Shown piece after piece: positions 12,583-25,309 of a stretch of 64,000 nucleotides of DNA. Source of the DNA: Octopus vulgaris (Eukaryota); NCBI GenBank assembly GCA_951406725.2, contig OX597818.1, positions 43,400,001 through 43,464,000 of the forward strand, written 5' to 3'. Position numbers and translations under genes: made by a program. Below the pieces are notes generated by a model. It saw only the letters and a list, made by a program, of their open reading frames with translations. It was not told the DNA's origin and ran no database searches. The number at the start of each line of letters is the position of its first letter. Within the stretch, counting starts at the first letter, position 1.

Positions 12583-15491
12583 TTAAAATAGCCATTTATA
12601 TATCATACTTAAAGCAGGACAAATACTGCAGTAAATGTGTACAGGAGGGTATTAAGTGCAGTATTTGTCCTGAGATAACATCTCTTATTGATTTACTGCT
12701 CAGACAAGTATGTGGCTTACTACAAGTACACACCATTGAAAAAGGTCCCGAAATGCCAAAATGTATTTGGTGCACTCTTTAGCTGCTGGGATGAATTTAA
12801 TTTCTCTTTGATATTTATTGTATTCTTAACACAGCAAGTCCATAAGGCATATCTCAGGACAAATTCTGCAGTAACTGGCCTGTCAACAATGTGTATACAT
12901 TAAATATGCTACATAGATGATTATATGTATATATAACTATAACCATTATCATTAAAGATCTATTTCACTATGCTTGCATGGGTTGGTCCTCTTCAACACA
13001 GAGTCTCTCTGCTTGTTATGTTTGCTTGTCATCTCCTTCATGAGATTCAGCAACCTAAGATTAGCTTTCACCTCTTCATATATTTCTCAGCCTTCTTCTT
13101 TAGAAGTTTCTTTCCATTCGGCTCTCTTGGCACTTCATTACCCAATTATCATCATTCATACACATTACTACATGTTTGTGCCAATATAATCTCTCTTGCA
13201 CACTACATCCGATTCCTCGTACACTCAGATTTTCTCTCTGCTCATCTCTACCCTGTTGCTCATTCACATTAACCTTACACATCCAGTGGAGAACATGCTT
13301 GCACTTTTTCTTTGCAGCTTTCACATATCCTCTGCATTCAATACCCCATTTTACTACCATGTGTCATTGATAGTAGACTCATTGCCAACTTTTATTTTGT
13401 TGACATCTCTCTACATGGCTTATATAACTTTCACAAGCCATTTCTCTATGCCTAGTTTTCTTGTAGACCATCTGACTTCTGATCATGATACCCCATCAAA
13501 GATCCTCTCCAGATCATGTAGACAGATGCAATCAATAAAGAGAGTTGACAGAGAGGAATTTATTGTACTGCTCAGTACTCATCCCTCTTATATCTATTAT
13601 AGCTTTGCAAGCCTAACAGAGGAGTTTAAGACCAGTTATCTTTGGGAACTTCTATACACTGACGACCTAGTACTAACAGCAAAGACAAAGAAGATATACA
13701 GAAGAAATTCCAGATGCAGAAACAAAACTTAGAGGGGCTTACTTTCAGTTACAAACTTCTCTTGCAGTTGTCGCACTATGAAGTGGTTATTAATAGTTCC
13801 CTCTTCTGACATAAATCTGAGCTGCATCTCAACTAATTGTCTCCCTAATCACTTGTGCTAAGATTCATTCTGTTATTTTCATAATTCAATCCATCAGTTT
13901 GACACTTCTTTAGAAGCTTGTTTCTATGGTATCTCCTTTGTTCTTGTAGTAGTTGGTTGTTATATATTTATGCAAGTCTTCTGTTTGGTACCTCTTTGTA
14001 TTTCTTGGTTCACAATCTGTAGGAGTATCTTAAGCCTTACTTCACTGGATATTTTCAGTATCTCAGCAACTATCCCAGATGGACATGCTGCTTAGCTCAT
14101 CCATTTGTTTACTACATTTGGGGTAGATTTCTTTTCCTCTCACACATTATTATTATTACTATTATTATTATTGAGTGAGAGACAAGTGCATGCAATCAAA
14201 GTGACACTGGGGTAAAATATATGAAGCCCAGTATACCCATCATGACTACCTGTCTAATAAGGGTACACCAGGCACATGCATCACAACCATATGTGGGCAA
14301 CATGCTGATCTCATATCAAGACAAACAGCGCATGATCTTGCAGGTGGGGCCCAGTTAGAATTTTCTTCAGGTCGAGTAGCTGATCCCACTCAAAAGGTCC
14401 CTGAATAAGGGTTGTTTAAGGATGTTGAACGAAACACCCATGTTTCTAAGGGTGACTTATCCCAAACCCCAAAGAATTCCTCTCAGCACATGGCTATGAT
14501 GCTCCCCCACTACTTCTGCTCCCGGTCAGAGATGCACATATCGTCAGCCACTAAGGGACATGCTCAACTGGTTAAGGTCATACAACTGACAAGTAAATCT
14601 ATGGTATTGAGCAGAATATTTGCTATAGCCCATCTTTTATACCAAAACAAAACAATGTACATGATAACACTTCCAATCAGTTAAGATCAGAAGCCATGAG
14701 AGCCACTGCCTGGTACTGCAATTATTATCATTATTAAAATTATTATTATTATTATTAATATTATTATTATTGGCTGCTACTCATAATCATGTATGACTTG
14801 ATAGCAGCAGAAGAGAGTTTCTCACACACACACATGTGGCACCTGTGAATCATAGTTGTGGTTGTTGATGGTACCATGTAAAGGGCACCCATGAATCGTT
14901 GTGGTCACTGCCAGTGCCATGTAAATGGCACTTGTGAATTGTAGTCATGGTTATTGCCAGTGTCATATAAATGGCACCTGTGCCAGTGGCATGTAAAAGT
15001 ACCCATTACACTCCTGGAGTAGAAGGGCATCCAACTGTAGACACCATGCCAAATCAGACTGAAACCTGATGCACCTCTCCAGCTCATTGGCTCGTCATGT
15101 GTGTGTGTGTGTATGTAAGGAAAACAGAAAATGGAGATAAAATTGATGAATAATAATTGATCTACACTAATTATCATTTACTCATTAATTACAAAAACAC
15201 AGAATCTCATCCTACAGCTGTTTCCATTAGCACTAACAGAAACAGCTGCAAGATGAGATTCCGTCTTTTTGTAATTAATTACAATTGGTGCAGATCAATC
15301 GTTATTCATCAATTTTACCTCCATTTCCTGTTGTCCTTGAAATATTGTTAAAATTCCATTTATTCTTGTCATTACCTATCATTTTGAGCATTAATACTAA
15401 TGCTCGTGATTAAATATAGGTAATACACCAGTTGATTCATTGGATACAAGTATACCTTAGATGGTTGTTATAACCTCTAACTTAACTCACC

Positions 15492-15541
<50 letters not shown>

Positions 15542-16231
15542 AACACACACACATACAAAGGGCACTGGCACTTTAACAACAAAGTCTTTTTCTTTCATGG
15601 AATTGTAAACTGAAGATACTGGTAAAACCCTGACTACAGGTATTGCAGAATTCTCTTGGTAGTTCTAGAGCAGTGCTTCACTCTAAAAGTTGTTGAGCTG
15701 CCAGTTATGCCATTGTGGTCTCACAAGGAAATGTTCACTACAGATTGTAAATGGCATAACTGGCAGCTCAACAACTTTTTGATACACTGTGTGTAGTCTC
15801 AGCAGAATGCAACAGACAGGATAGTAAATGTTGCATTTTGTTGATACACACACATACATAAATACAGGTAGGGATGCATGAATGTATGCACAATTATATA
15901 AACATGCAGCCAAGAGAAAAAAACTGTCTATTGCAAAAAAAAAAACACCCACTATGTATTAAGCAAAACTTCCTCAAATTTTTTTCCTTCCAGCACATGA
16001 TCTCAGATCAGGTCACTTGCTATGCAAGTACATCTCCATAATTCCTCAAATTTATCCATGCAAAACACTTTAATATCATTTTAATTCAGAACGTGAAATG
16101 CTGTCAATGAAATAGTCACTGCCAGAATATTTCAATGTTTTCTATCAAATAGTGAAATGATTTAAATTTCTGTCAATGACTCCCATAGAGTTGATAACAC
16201 TGAAGTTCCTTTGAGACCATAAATACATCTA

Positions 16232-17491
16232 TTGGGTTGTCTGGAAAGTTCATGCCGATTTTTAAGGGAAATGAAAAGATAAAACAAAATTATGCCATTA
16301 AATATTTATTCAACTAAATACGAACCATTTTGTTGCACAATCTTTCTCCATCTTTCCTTCAACTTAAAGATTCTGTCTTCCCAAAATTTCAGTGGTTTCT
16401 TGGCAAAGAACTCATTAAGGGGGATTTTTATATCCCCCAAAGAATTAAAATTTTTACCATTGAGATTATTTTGCAAGGACTTGAATAAATGAAAATCCGA
16501 AAGAGCAATGTCTGGTCAATATGGTGGGTGGAGTAAACACATCCCAGCCAAGCTGCAACAATTTTTGACAAGTTGTCCAAAAACGTGAGGTCTGGCATTA
16601 TCCTGATTTAAAACACCTTTCTTGTTTGCCAATTCTAGGCACTTTTCTTGAATTGCTGTCTTTCAATCGTCCAGTTGTGAGCAGTATTTCTCAGAATTGA
16701 CTAGTTACTTGGCAGAAGCTCATCATACAGGATTCCTTTCCAAGCCCACCAGATGCAGAGCATAACTCTCTTAGGATGAAGACCTGCTTTTGGGGTGGCT
16801 AAAGGTGGCTCATGTCACTTACCCCAAGATCTTTTTTCACTGAACATTTTTGTAAACAATCCATTTCTCATTACCTATCACAATTTGCTTAAAAAAGGGT
16901 GCATTTTCATAGCCTTAATACAGCAAATCACAGATAGAAATGCAATCCAAAAGATTCATTTCATTCATATCATGTGGTACCCAAACATCGTAGCAATTTG
17001 AGTACCCAAGCTTCACTAAACGCTCACGGATGGTGGATTTCGATAAATATAGTTTTTCTGCCAATTTCCATGTTGTGTAATGCAGGTTATTTTCAATGTC
17101 TTGATTTGGTCATCATCTGAAGTGGGGTCTGCCTGAGCATTATTCATCAATAAGGCTACAATCACCAACTCTAAACATCGTGAACCACTTCTGTACAGTT
17201 CTGTCAGCTAAAACAACTTCACTGTACACAGCACATATCTTTTTGTTGCTTGCAAGGCATTTTTGCCTTTACAGTCATCAAGTGTCTAAAATACCTTATA
17301 ATCTTCCATTTTCATAGGGATGCAAAATTGACATGAATTAAGTAATTTTAAACTTTCCTTCTCAAGAGATAGTTAGAAGTGTGCGCTAACTGGAAATGTA
17401 AGCATATTATGTGTGTCAATAAATTTGACATGTTCTAACGTGTTGGAACATGAATGACTAAAAATTGGCATGAACTTTCCGGACAACCTAA
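16232..17491 (-). mobile_element. Full-length but decayed mariner transposon
   Basis: About 30-bp TIRs TTGGGTTGTCTGGAAAGTTCATGCC / GGCATGAACTTTCCGGACAACCTAA, TA TSDs, 1260 bp long. Frameshifted transposase remnants (WVP.., HPPY.PDIA.SDFHLF). Confidence 0.88.
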
Positions 17492-18042
17492 TATATTAAC
17501 TAACAGACTCAGTTATATTAAGCTAATTACAAAGTAGTTACAATAGGTGAGTTGAACTTCCTTTAATACTTACTTGTCTCTGTTCTAAATTATTTCTGAA
17601 ATGGAAACACTGAAACTACAGAAAAGAACTGTCTTCAGTTAGTGATATTCTTAATATAAATCAATAAAATACAACTTGACTTATCTGTAAACCTTTTCTT
17701 CTTAGTATCCTTTAACTTCTGCCTTCTCTTCATCTCTTCTAATAAACTGCAACAACTTAAGTTCCTCTGAACAAGACTGACTAATACAGAGTCGTCAAGT
17801 CGTCAAGTGTTATTTACTGTACGACTTCTCAATTTATTTTTTTCCCACAAAAATACCTGACTTTGATTAGGTTTAAAAAAACAAAACCAGTACTGAAAAA
17901 AATATGCAAGTTAATTCCCTAAATGTAATTAGAATTCTGTGCTTTTCTAATACAATTAGCTGTGCCAAATGAATAAGATTAAATCATTCAAATCATAAAG
18001 GCAATGTAAGATATAGATTCAAAAGTAAATGGATGTCATTAC

Positions 18043-18230
18043 CATATCAGTGCCATAGACTGTGGAGGTCATTTTCACTTCCCAGTAATGTTGATTGTCT
18101 TTCATTGGGGTAGTACCCCGTACGGCAGCTGTGCCACAGCTATAGTCCATGTGAAATAATACTTCTCGGTGGTCTTGCTTCAGTAAGCAAGCAGAAGATT
18201 TAGAATCTTCATCCCAGACCCAGTCAAAAA
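18043..18230 (-). CDS. SPSB3: SPSB3 coding exon 2 (SPRY start)
   Basis: Not in the ORF track. Hand translation between tttcag| and |gtaatg gives [63 protein letters not shown]. Phase 1->0. Closely matches SPSB3 FDWVWD...FHMEYSCGTAAIRG...WEIKMTSPVYGTDM. Confidence 0.95.
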
Positions 18231-20133
18231 CTGAAATTAAAAATAATATTCAAATAATAATATACAGAATTTTCAAGTAGAAATGCCTTTATCTCAGATA
18301 ACAAACATCATTTAGCTCAGGTACCACCTAAATGTAAAACTAAAAGACATAAAACATATACATTTGACAGAAGTAGGATCCATCTATAAAAATTTCCAAC
18401 AGACAGAGATTATATTACTTTCTACATTTGACTTGTTCCAATCATTGGACTGCAGCCATGCTGGAGCACTGCCTTGAAGGTTTTAGTTGAACAAATTAAC
18501 CCCATTACTTATTTTTTAAGCCTTGTACTTAATTTTTCAATCTTTTTTGCTGAATCACCAAGTTACAGAGACATAAACAAACCAGTACCAGTTGCCAAGT
18601 CATGATAGGGCACAAACACACACACACACACATATATCATCATCATCATCATTTAACGTCCACTTTCCATGCTAGCATGGGTTGGACGATTTGACTGAGG
18701 GCTGGCAAACCAGATGGCTGCACCAGGCTCCAATCTTGATCTGGCAGAGTTTCTACAGCTGGATGCCCTTCCTAATGCCAACCACTCCAAGAGAGTGCGT
18801 ATATATATATATATATATATATATCGGGCATGGCTGTGTTGTTAGGGAGCTTGCTTCCTAGCTACATGGTTTCAGGTTCAGTCCCACTGCATGGCACTTT
18901 GGGCAGGTGTCTTCTGCTATAGCCCCGAGTCGACCGAAGCTTTGTGATTGAATTCAGTAGGCGGAAATTACTGCCGTGTGTGTATGTGTGCGTATAGTTG
19001 CTCAGTGCCTCTCCGAAAGAGAGAGAGAGGGAATATATATATATATATACTCACGAAGGTCTTCCCCCAGTTTCTATCTACCAAATCCACTCACAAGGCC
19101 TTGGTTAACCAGGGGCTATAATAGTAGACACTTGTCCAAAGTGTCACACAGTGGGACTGAACCCATGACCACAAGATTGGGAAGCAAGGTTCTTAACCAC
19201 TCGGCCATGCCTGCCCTTTTATATACACACATGATTAATAAAAGGCAACTTAGAAAACAAAAGTGAATTGAGCAAGTTGGTAAATAAAGGTAAATCAGAG
19301 CTTAGTTAGCATTTTATCCAAGATCAAGGTGACAATTAATCATCATTTCTCCCAGAGGGTAATTTCACAAATACTAAGGTAAATGGTTCTTTATAGGTGT
19401 GTAATTTTTGTTTACTATTAGATCGTAAACAAGAGTAAAATTCACTTAAATAGACATAATAGTTATGAAGGAACATTATGTTTATTTTTTGCAGAAACTA
19501 TAAAACACTGGTATTACATTTTTTCTGAGGGCATCAAAAATTTGATTAACCAGTAATGACTCAGTGGGGTAATAATAAATAATAATAACAATAATAATAT
19601 TGCTCTTTCAAAGCCTGCCGTTGTTTGCATCTTACCGTTAATAACTACACAATTTATCAGGAAAAAATTTCTACAACAGCTCAACATGAAAAGTTTTCTC
19701 TCGATAAAACAATGAACTTTTAGGAAAATATTTAGATAACGTTAATGGGATGTAAAGGGAGTAAGAGAGAAACAAATGCAGTTACTTTCATTACAACTAA
19801 TTGCACAGATCCATTTATAATGATTATCGTCATTAATTTCGCAACTGATGACTCTTTAAAACGTAATTTCATTTTAATGAGAATAAAAAACAATAGAATA
19901 AGGTTGCCCCAAACTGCTTATTTGATTCATGCTTTAAATGCTTCAAAGCCATTAAAAATAACATTTACGTCCCTTGCATATTTACTACAAAATGCATTCA
20001 ACAACGAATTTAGCAAAACAATTCTCATCGAAATGATAAACAAAAATGTTCCCAGTTTTCAAATTCCATTATTATTTACAATACTGGGTTTAAAATATGC
20101 CATGTGGTAGAGTAAGCGTTGAGGTATACTTAC

Positions 20134-20650
20134 ACGAATCCTCTTCTCCACACAAACATTCTTTTTCTTGACCAAGAGCATAGCAGTCACAGAATGAATC
20201 ACTTTTAGCCATTCTTTTCGGAGAGACGCGTGATGAGGATGATGAAGATGATGTTACCAGTGACGAGTTGACACTAATCGAGTCACTTTCGGAATAATTT
20301 TGGCTAAAAACGCGACACAATGCACCTCGGACTCTTTCCGAGTCGGATTGTCGCACATCAAATGTCTTGCTATTTGAATCATGGTTAGATGACAATTGAC
20401 AGTCGGGAGGTGTAACGGGAATGTCTTCAAAATCAGTTTCGAAGCTGGAAAGTGATGATTGAAAAATCGCTTTGCTGCAATTTACATCTGGTGTTATTGA
20501 TGTTGTTTGTGATGATGGCAATGCTGTTGATGTTGTTATCGGCGATGTTGTTGACGTTGCTATCGGCTCTATATCTAACCGGCAAGTGTAATCACGATCC
20601 TGTTCGTCTTCATCAGAAATCTTATGCAGGAATTCACTTTCTTCCATCAC
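20134..20650 (-). CDS. SPSB3: SPSB3 coding exon 1 (Ser/Thr-rich N-terminus, ends ...CDCYALGQEKECLCGEEDS)
   Basis: ORF 20090-20650. Donor T|GTAAGT at 20133, phase 1 (517 nt). The CxCGEED motif matches the stretch just before the SPRY domain in vertebrate SPSB3. Confidence 0.88.
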
Positions 20651-21054
20651 ACTCTAAATGCATCAAAACGTTTTATACACACCTCTTTTCATATTAGTCA
20701 CCAGTACCTATATTTTTGTTGCAATTGTATTAGTATATGTAAATAAACAAGAGTACGTTCGTGCTTATCATGCGATGTATTATAAATGAATGTAATGTCT
20801 GCCTTAAGTACACCGTTGTAGAATTACACACATTGGTGTATTTTGTTAAATACTATTAACTTAAAGTGAAATTGTTGTGTAGTTGCACCAGAGGAAACAG
20901 TAATATGTCGCTTGCGTACAACAAAAATTTTAGGTCGCTCCCGTCCCCCAAATAGTTAACTCCCTTACAAAAACATTTAGCTATATTTTTCAATACCGAT
21001 CAAAACAGTTATTATGTTGTGCTGTCTGCCTTAAAATAAAAGGAAATCATAATC

Positions 21055-21110
<56 letters not shown>

Positions 21111-21390
21111 TCTCCTTCCATCTTTCCAGGGTCAACAAAAATAAGGTACCAGTCAAGTACTGAGGTCGATAAAATCGACTCAACCCCGCCCCACAAATTT
21201 CAGTTTTTGCACCTGTGTTAGAAACAATTACAAATATAATAAAATGTTTACTTTTTTGTTGTTGTTGTTGTTGTTACTAGGCAGTGGTATTTCCTTTCTC
21301 CATATGTTTAAAATATGCTGGAAATGGCTATTATTATTTAGACTTTGCTTTCGTGACTTCAGTAACGATATTTTAAAATTTACCTGTTTC

Positions 21391-21566
21391 CCCGAACATT
21401 CTAGATAGATTCAGTGCTGAGTGGCTGATTGAGAATGTTCTTGAATTTTGGAGAATTTTCAAGTGCTTTCTAGAATTTCCTACAACTTTCGAGAACTTTC
21501 TAGAATTTTCAAGAACTTTCCAGTAATTCAAATAAAAGGACCTTAAGCTCAATAATTCAGTTCAGT
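21391..21566 (+). promoter_or_regulatory. Heat-shock promoter: HSE array + TATA-like box + Inr
   Basis: Nine phased 10-bp nnGAAnnTTC units at 21431-21520 (14 of 18 pentamers perfect) and an extra cGAAcaTTCtaGA at about 21393. AATAAAAGG at 21531, TCAGTT at 21557, caaaATGG at 21580. Confidence 0.75.
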
Positions 21567-22229
21567 TTTAGCTACCAAAATGGGTAAGACTATCTGCATT
21601 TATTGGAAATGCTGCCAAGATGTTATAAAGCATCTGGCAGACGCATTTTGCTTTGGCCAATTTATCAAGACAAGAATAAAAAAGTACTCTATGGCGCTAT
21701 CCACTAAAATGTGTAAAGCCAAGAAGGCATATTTTGGTATTTTGGAAGCAAATTCTGGAAATCTCATTTCACCTGCAAGCACAGCAAAAAAATTTTAGAT
21801 GCTAAGACAATTTTCGCCCGCTTTGATCTTTTATTGTTTTAGTCATTGGATTGTAGTCAAGCTGGGGCGTCATCTTGTAGAATTTAGTCCAACAAATTGA
21901 CTCCAGTGCTTATTTTTAAACCTGGAATTACTCTGTCGATCCCTTTTGCCGAACTGCTAAGTTACAGGGGTGTGAACAAACCAACTCTGGTTGTCAAGTG
22001 AAGGAAGGGGGCAAAACAGAAACAATGATGCAAATACGCGTACATACATGCATGCATACATACAAACATATACATACATACATACGTACGTACATACATA
22101 CATACATACATACATCACACACATCATAAGCAGTTGTCCAAAAATGTCATCATGGTATTTTTTACCTCCTCGTCGAAACAAAACTTCGGAAGAAAACCAA
22201 AACTTTCAGATAGGGATCATTGGACTCTT

Positions 22230-23084
22230 ATGCAAATTGTTAGAAAGGATCCCAGCTCCCAAAATTACCACAAAGCTTAGTGATCACCTTGAGAACCCAG
22301 TTTCCACAAAAACTGTTCACCAGGAGCTATACAAAGCCAGACTTCATAGGAGGGCTGGAATCAGAAAACCACTACTTTCAAAAACAAACATTGCAAAACA
22401 TTTAGAGTGGAGTAAAAACCTACAGAATTGGTCCCTAGAGCAGTGGAAGAATGTTATTTTCTTGGACGAGTCATCCTTATTTCCGACCACCAGCCGAGTA
22501 TGCATATGGAGACAGCCAAAATAAGTATTTGACCCAGACTGCCTTCTTCCAACTGTTAAACATGGAGGTGAATCTGTGATGATCTGGAGGGCTATATCTT
22601 GGGAATCCACTGGCCCAATGGTTTCCCTTCATGGCAGAATTAATAGTGAAGACTATTTAAGCATTTTATCTAATCAAATTCATCCTATGTTTGTGGAACT
22701 GTTTCCAGAGGGTAACACAATCTTTTGGGATGACAATGTATCAATTCACACAGCTAAAGTTTTTAATGAATGGCACGAGGAACATTCTCGTTGAACATCT
22801 TATCTGGGCACCACAATCCCCAGATCTCAATATCATTGAACATTTATGATGCATTTTAGAAAAACAAGTAAGGAGTCGATATCCCCCACCATCGTCACTA
22901 CAAGAACTGGAGACTGTTTTAGCCGAAGAATGGACAAAAATTCCTTTGGAAACAATTCAAACTTTGTACAAGTCCATACCACGTAGAATTCAAGCTGTAA
23001 TTACTGCCAAAGGCAGTCCTACCCCATATTAAAATAAATTTGTTTGAAATTTTAAGGTGTTTCCATTATTTTGTCCAACCCCTG
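22230..23084 (+). mobile_element. Tc1-like transposon relic (5' truncated)
   Basis: Transposase fragments RKPLLSKTNIAKHLEW..WKNVIFLDES, TVKHGGESVMIW, IFWDDNVSIHTAK and PQSPDLNIIEHL. Right TIR ...ATTATTTTGTCCAACCCCTG followed by TA. Confidence 0.88.
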
Positions 23085-23351
23085 TAAGTATAATCATCAC
23101 CTTTAGCATTTTTACCATTTCCACAGGCAGATTTTCTATATCCAGATGTCCTTCCTGTCACCAACCCACACCTGTTTCCAACTAAGGTTACATGTCTCCA
23201 TGGCCAGACATGTTTTTGCAGAATATCAGAAATGAATGACACTGCTTGTATAACAGTGACACTCATTTACGACTATCACACAATGGCAAAACAAGGCGAC
23301 ACAAACATACATGTACTTAACTATAAATACTGGCTAAACTTAATTCATATT

Positions 23352-23745
23352 CTTTTACTCGTTTATTCTTTCACTTGTTTCAGTCATTTGACTGCAGCCA
23401 TGCTGGAGCACCACCTTTAGTCAAGCAAATCGACCACAGGGCTTATTCTTTGTAAGCCTAGTACTTATTCTATTGGTCTCTTTTGCCGAACCATTAAGTT
23501 ATGGGGACGTAAACACACCAGCATCAGTTGTCAAGTGGTGTTGTGGAGACACACACACACACACACACATACCGCCCCACACACATATGTATGACAGGCT
23601 TCTTTCAGTTTCCATCTACCAAATCTACTCACAAGGCTTTGGTCAGGCCAAGGTTATAGTAGAAGATGCTTGCCCAAGGTGGCATGCAGTGGGACTGAAC
23701 CCAGAACCATGTGGTTGGGAAGCAAGCTACTTACCACACAGCCAT
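23352..23745 (-). mobile_element. tRNA-headed SINE with internal (TG)n and TAAAAGAG-type tail (family A)
   Basis: Near-full copy. Other copies or fragments at about 770-1145, 2945-3240, 18425-19215, 30084-30310, 35437-35832, 43957-44333, 60546-60876 and 60915-61326. Confidence 0.8.
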
Positions 23746-24436
23746 TCTTTCAAACCTTATGTAAATGAAATTGTGCAAATTCCCCATAAGAAATAAGTAA
23801 ATTTCAAATTATCGTTATCCAGATCACAAAAGCAAAATTTAAAGGAAGTAATAGCAGTTTTCTATAGTTTATCAACACAAGAAATTAACAAATAACACTT
23901 ACTGCCCAGGAACAAAAATGGTGTTGGATTGACAGTATTGTTAGAGCACTGGACAAACTACCTCTTGTTATTTTTAACAGCTCTTTATATTTTGGTTTTC
24001 AATACAGCCAAGATCAACTTCGTGTTTCACCCTTCCGGGATTGATAAAATAGAGTCAAGTATTGGAGTTGATATAATTATCTATATCACTCCCACAAATT
24101 TGAGGTCTTCTACTTAAGACAGGAAATACCATTGAAGTGGATAGACTGGCAGAATTGTAAGAGCTTTGGACAAAAAAAGTCATGCAGTATTTGTTCTGAC
24201 ATTTTCAGTAGAAGATACTTGTTCAAATGTTGCCAAAGTTAACTTTGCCTCTTATCCTTCAGGAGTTGATAAATTAAAGTATCAGTCAAGAACTTGAGTC
24301 AATAAAATCAATTATACCTCTTCTCCCAAATTTCAAGCTTTGTGTTTTATTTTAGAAACAATTATTATTATTGTTGGTGGTGTTCTGGTGGCTTGGTAGA
24401 ATGGTGGGTTAATATAAAACAGTGATTACTTATGTG

Positions 24437-24858
24437 GGACCTTTTTGGTTTGAACGGCAGTTTTTTCTAGCGGTGTCATATGAAACTGTCACCCATAATT
24501 ATGACCCTAGTATCGATCTATTGCATTTCAATCTATTTTAGGGTTAGGGTTAGGGTTAAGGGTGGGGGAAAGGGTATCCTTTTTCTTCACAAATGTAAAT
24601 AAACCCAATCTGTTTCTTAAACGAGGGACATATTCATACGGCACAGAATGTTGTTTACCTCAATAGATGTGAGTCATTGGTTGAAATTGCAGAAATTGAA
24701 GAAAAAAAACAACAAATATCTTACAAATTATAGAATTTTCTCAATAAAGCCAAGAGAAAAATATGTTTTATAAACACATTCTACCAGTATACGAAGTTTA
24801 AAATTTTTTAGTTACCTAGAAATTATGTTAAAAACTGCTGTTCAAACTGAAAAGATCC
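24437..24858. mobile_element. Non-autonomous DNA transposon (GG..CC TIRs, 8-bp TSD) with internal TTAGGG repeats
   Basis: TIRs GGACCTTTTTGGTTTGAACGGCAGTTTT / AAAACTGCTGTTCAAACTGAAAAGATCC. TSD CTTATGTG at 24429-24436 and 24859-24866. Confidence 0.8.
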
Positions 24859-25309
24859 CTTATGTGTCTTTATAATTTGAGGGCAAACCCTGCCAGAGTC
24901 CACCTTCATTCTTATCTTTCTATATTCAGTTAAATAAGTGGCTGTTAAATACTATTGTTAGTCAAAATTAAACCCACCACAAAATATATGACATTGTATG
25001 TGGCTTTCTGCTTTATCAGCCAAATAAACTACAGGAATATTTTTCTTTTACTGGCAAATAAAACTGGTGAAAACCAGTGCATGACTAAAACATTACTTAT
25101 TGCATGAGGGTCACTAGAAATCTACCACATCTGGCATAACACTACTTATCACTTCTAGTAAGTAAATACAATGAGTTGTTGAAATATGGATGTATAATTA
25201 ATTATCTACCTGGAAGTTCCTTGATATTGTTACTTGCTAAGCCTTCTTTGTTGTCATTTTTACATCTACTTTCTCCATGCTAGTTTAAGTAGTTTAAGTA
25301 CAAAAGATA

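Noticed and set aside
13196-13732. 178-aa ORF
   Set aside because: A chimera of antisense and sense decayed LINE fragments (contains RT-like LLYTDDLVL).
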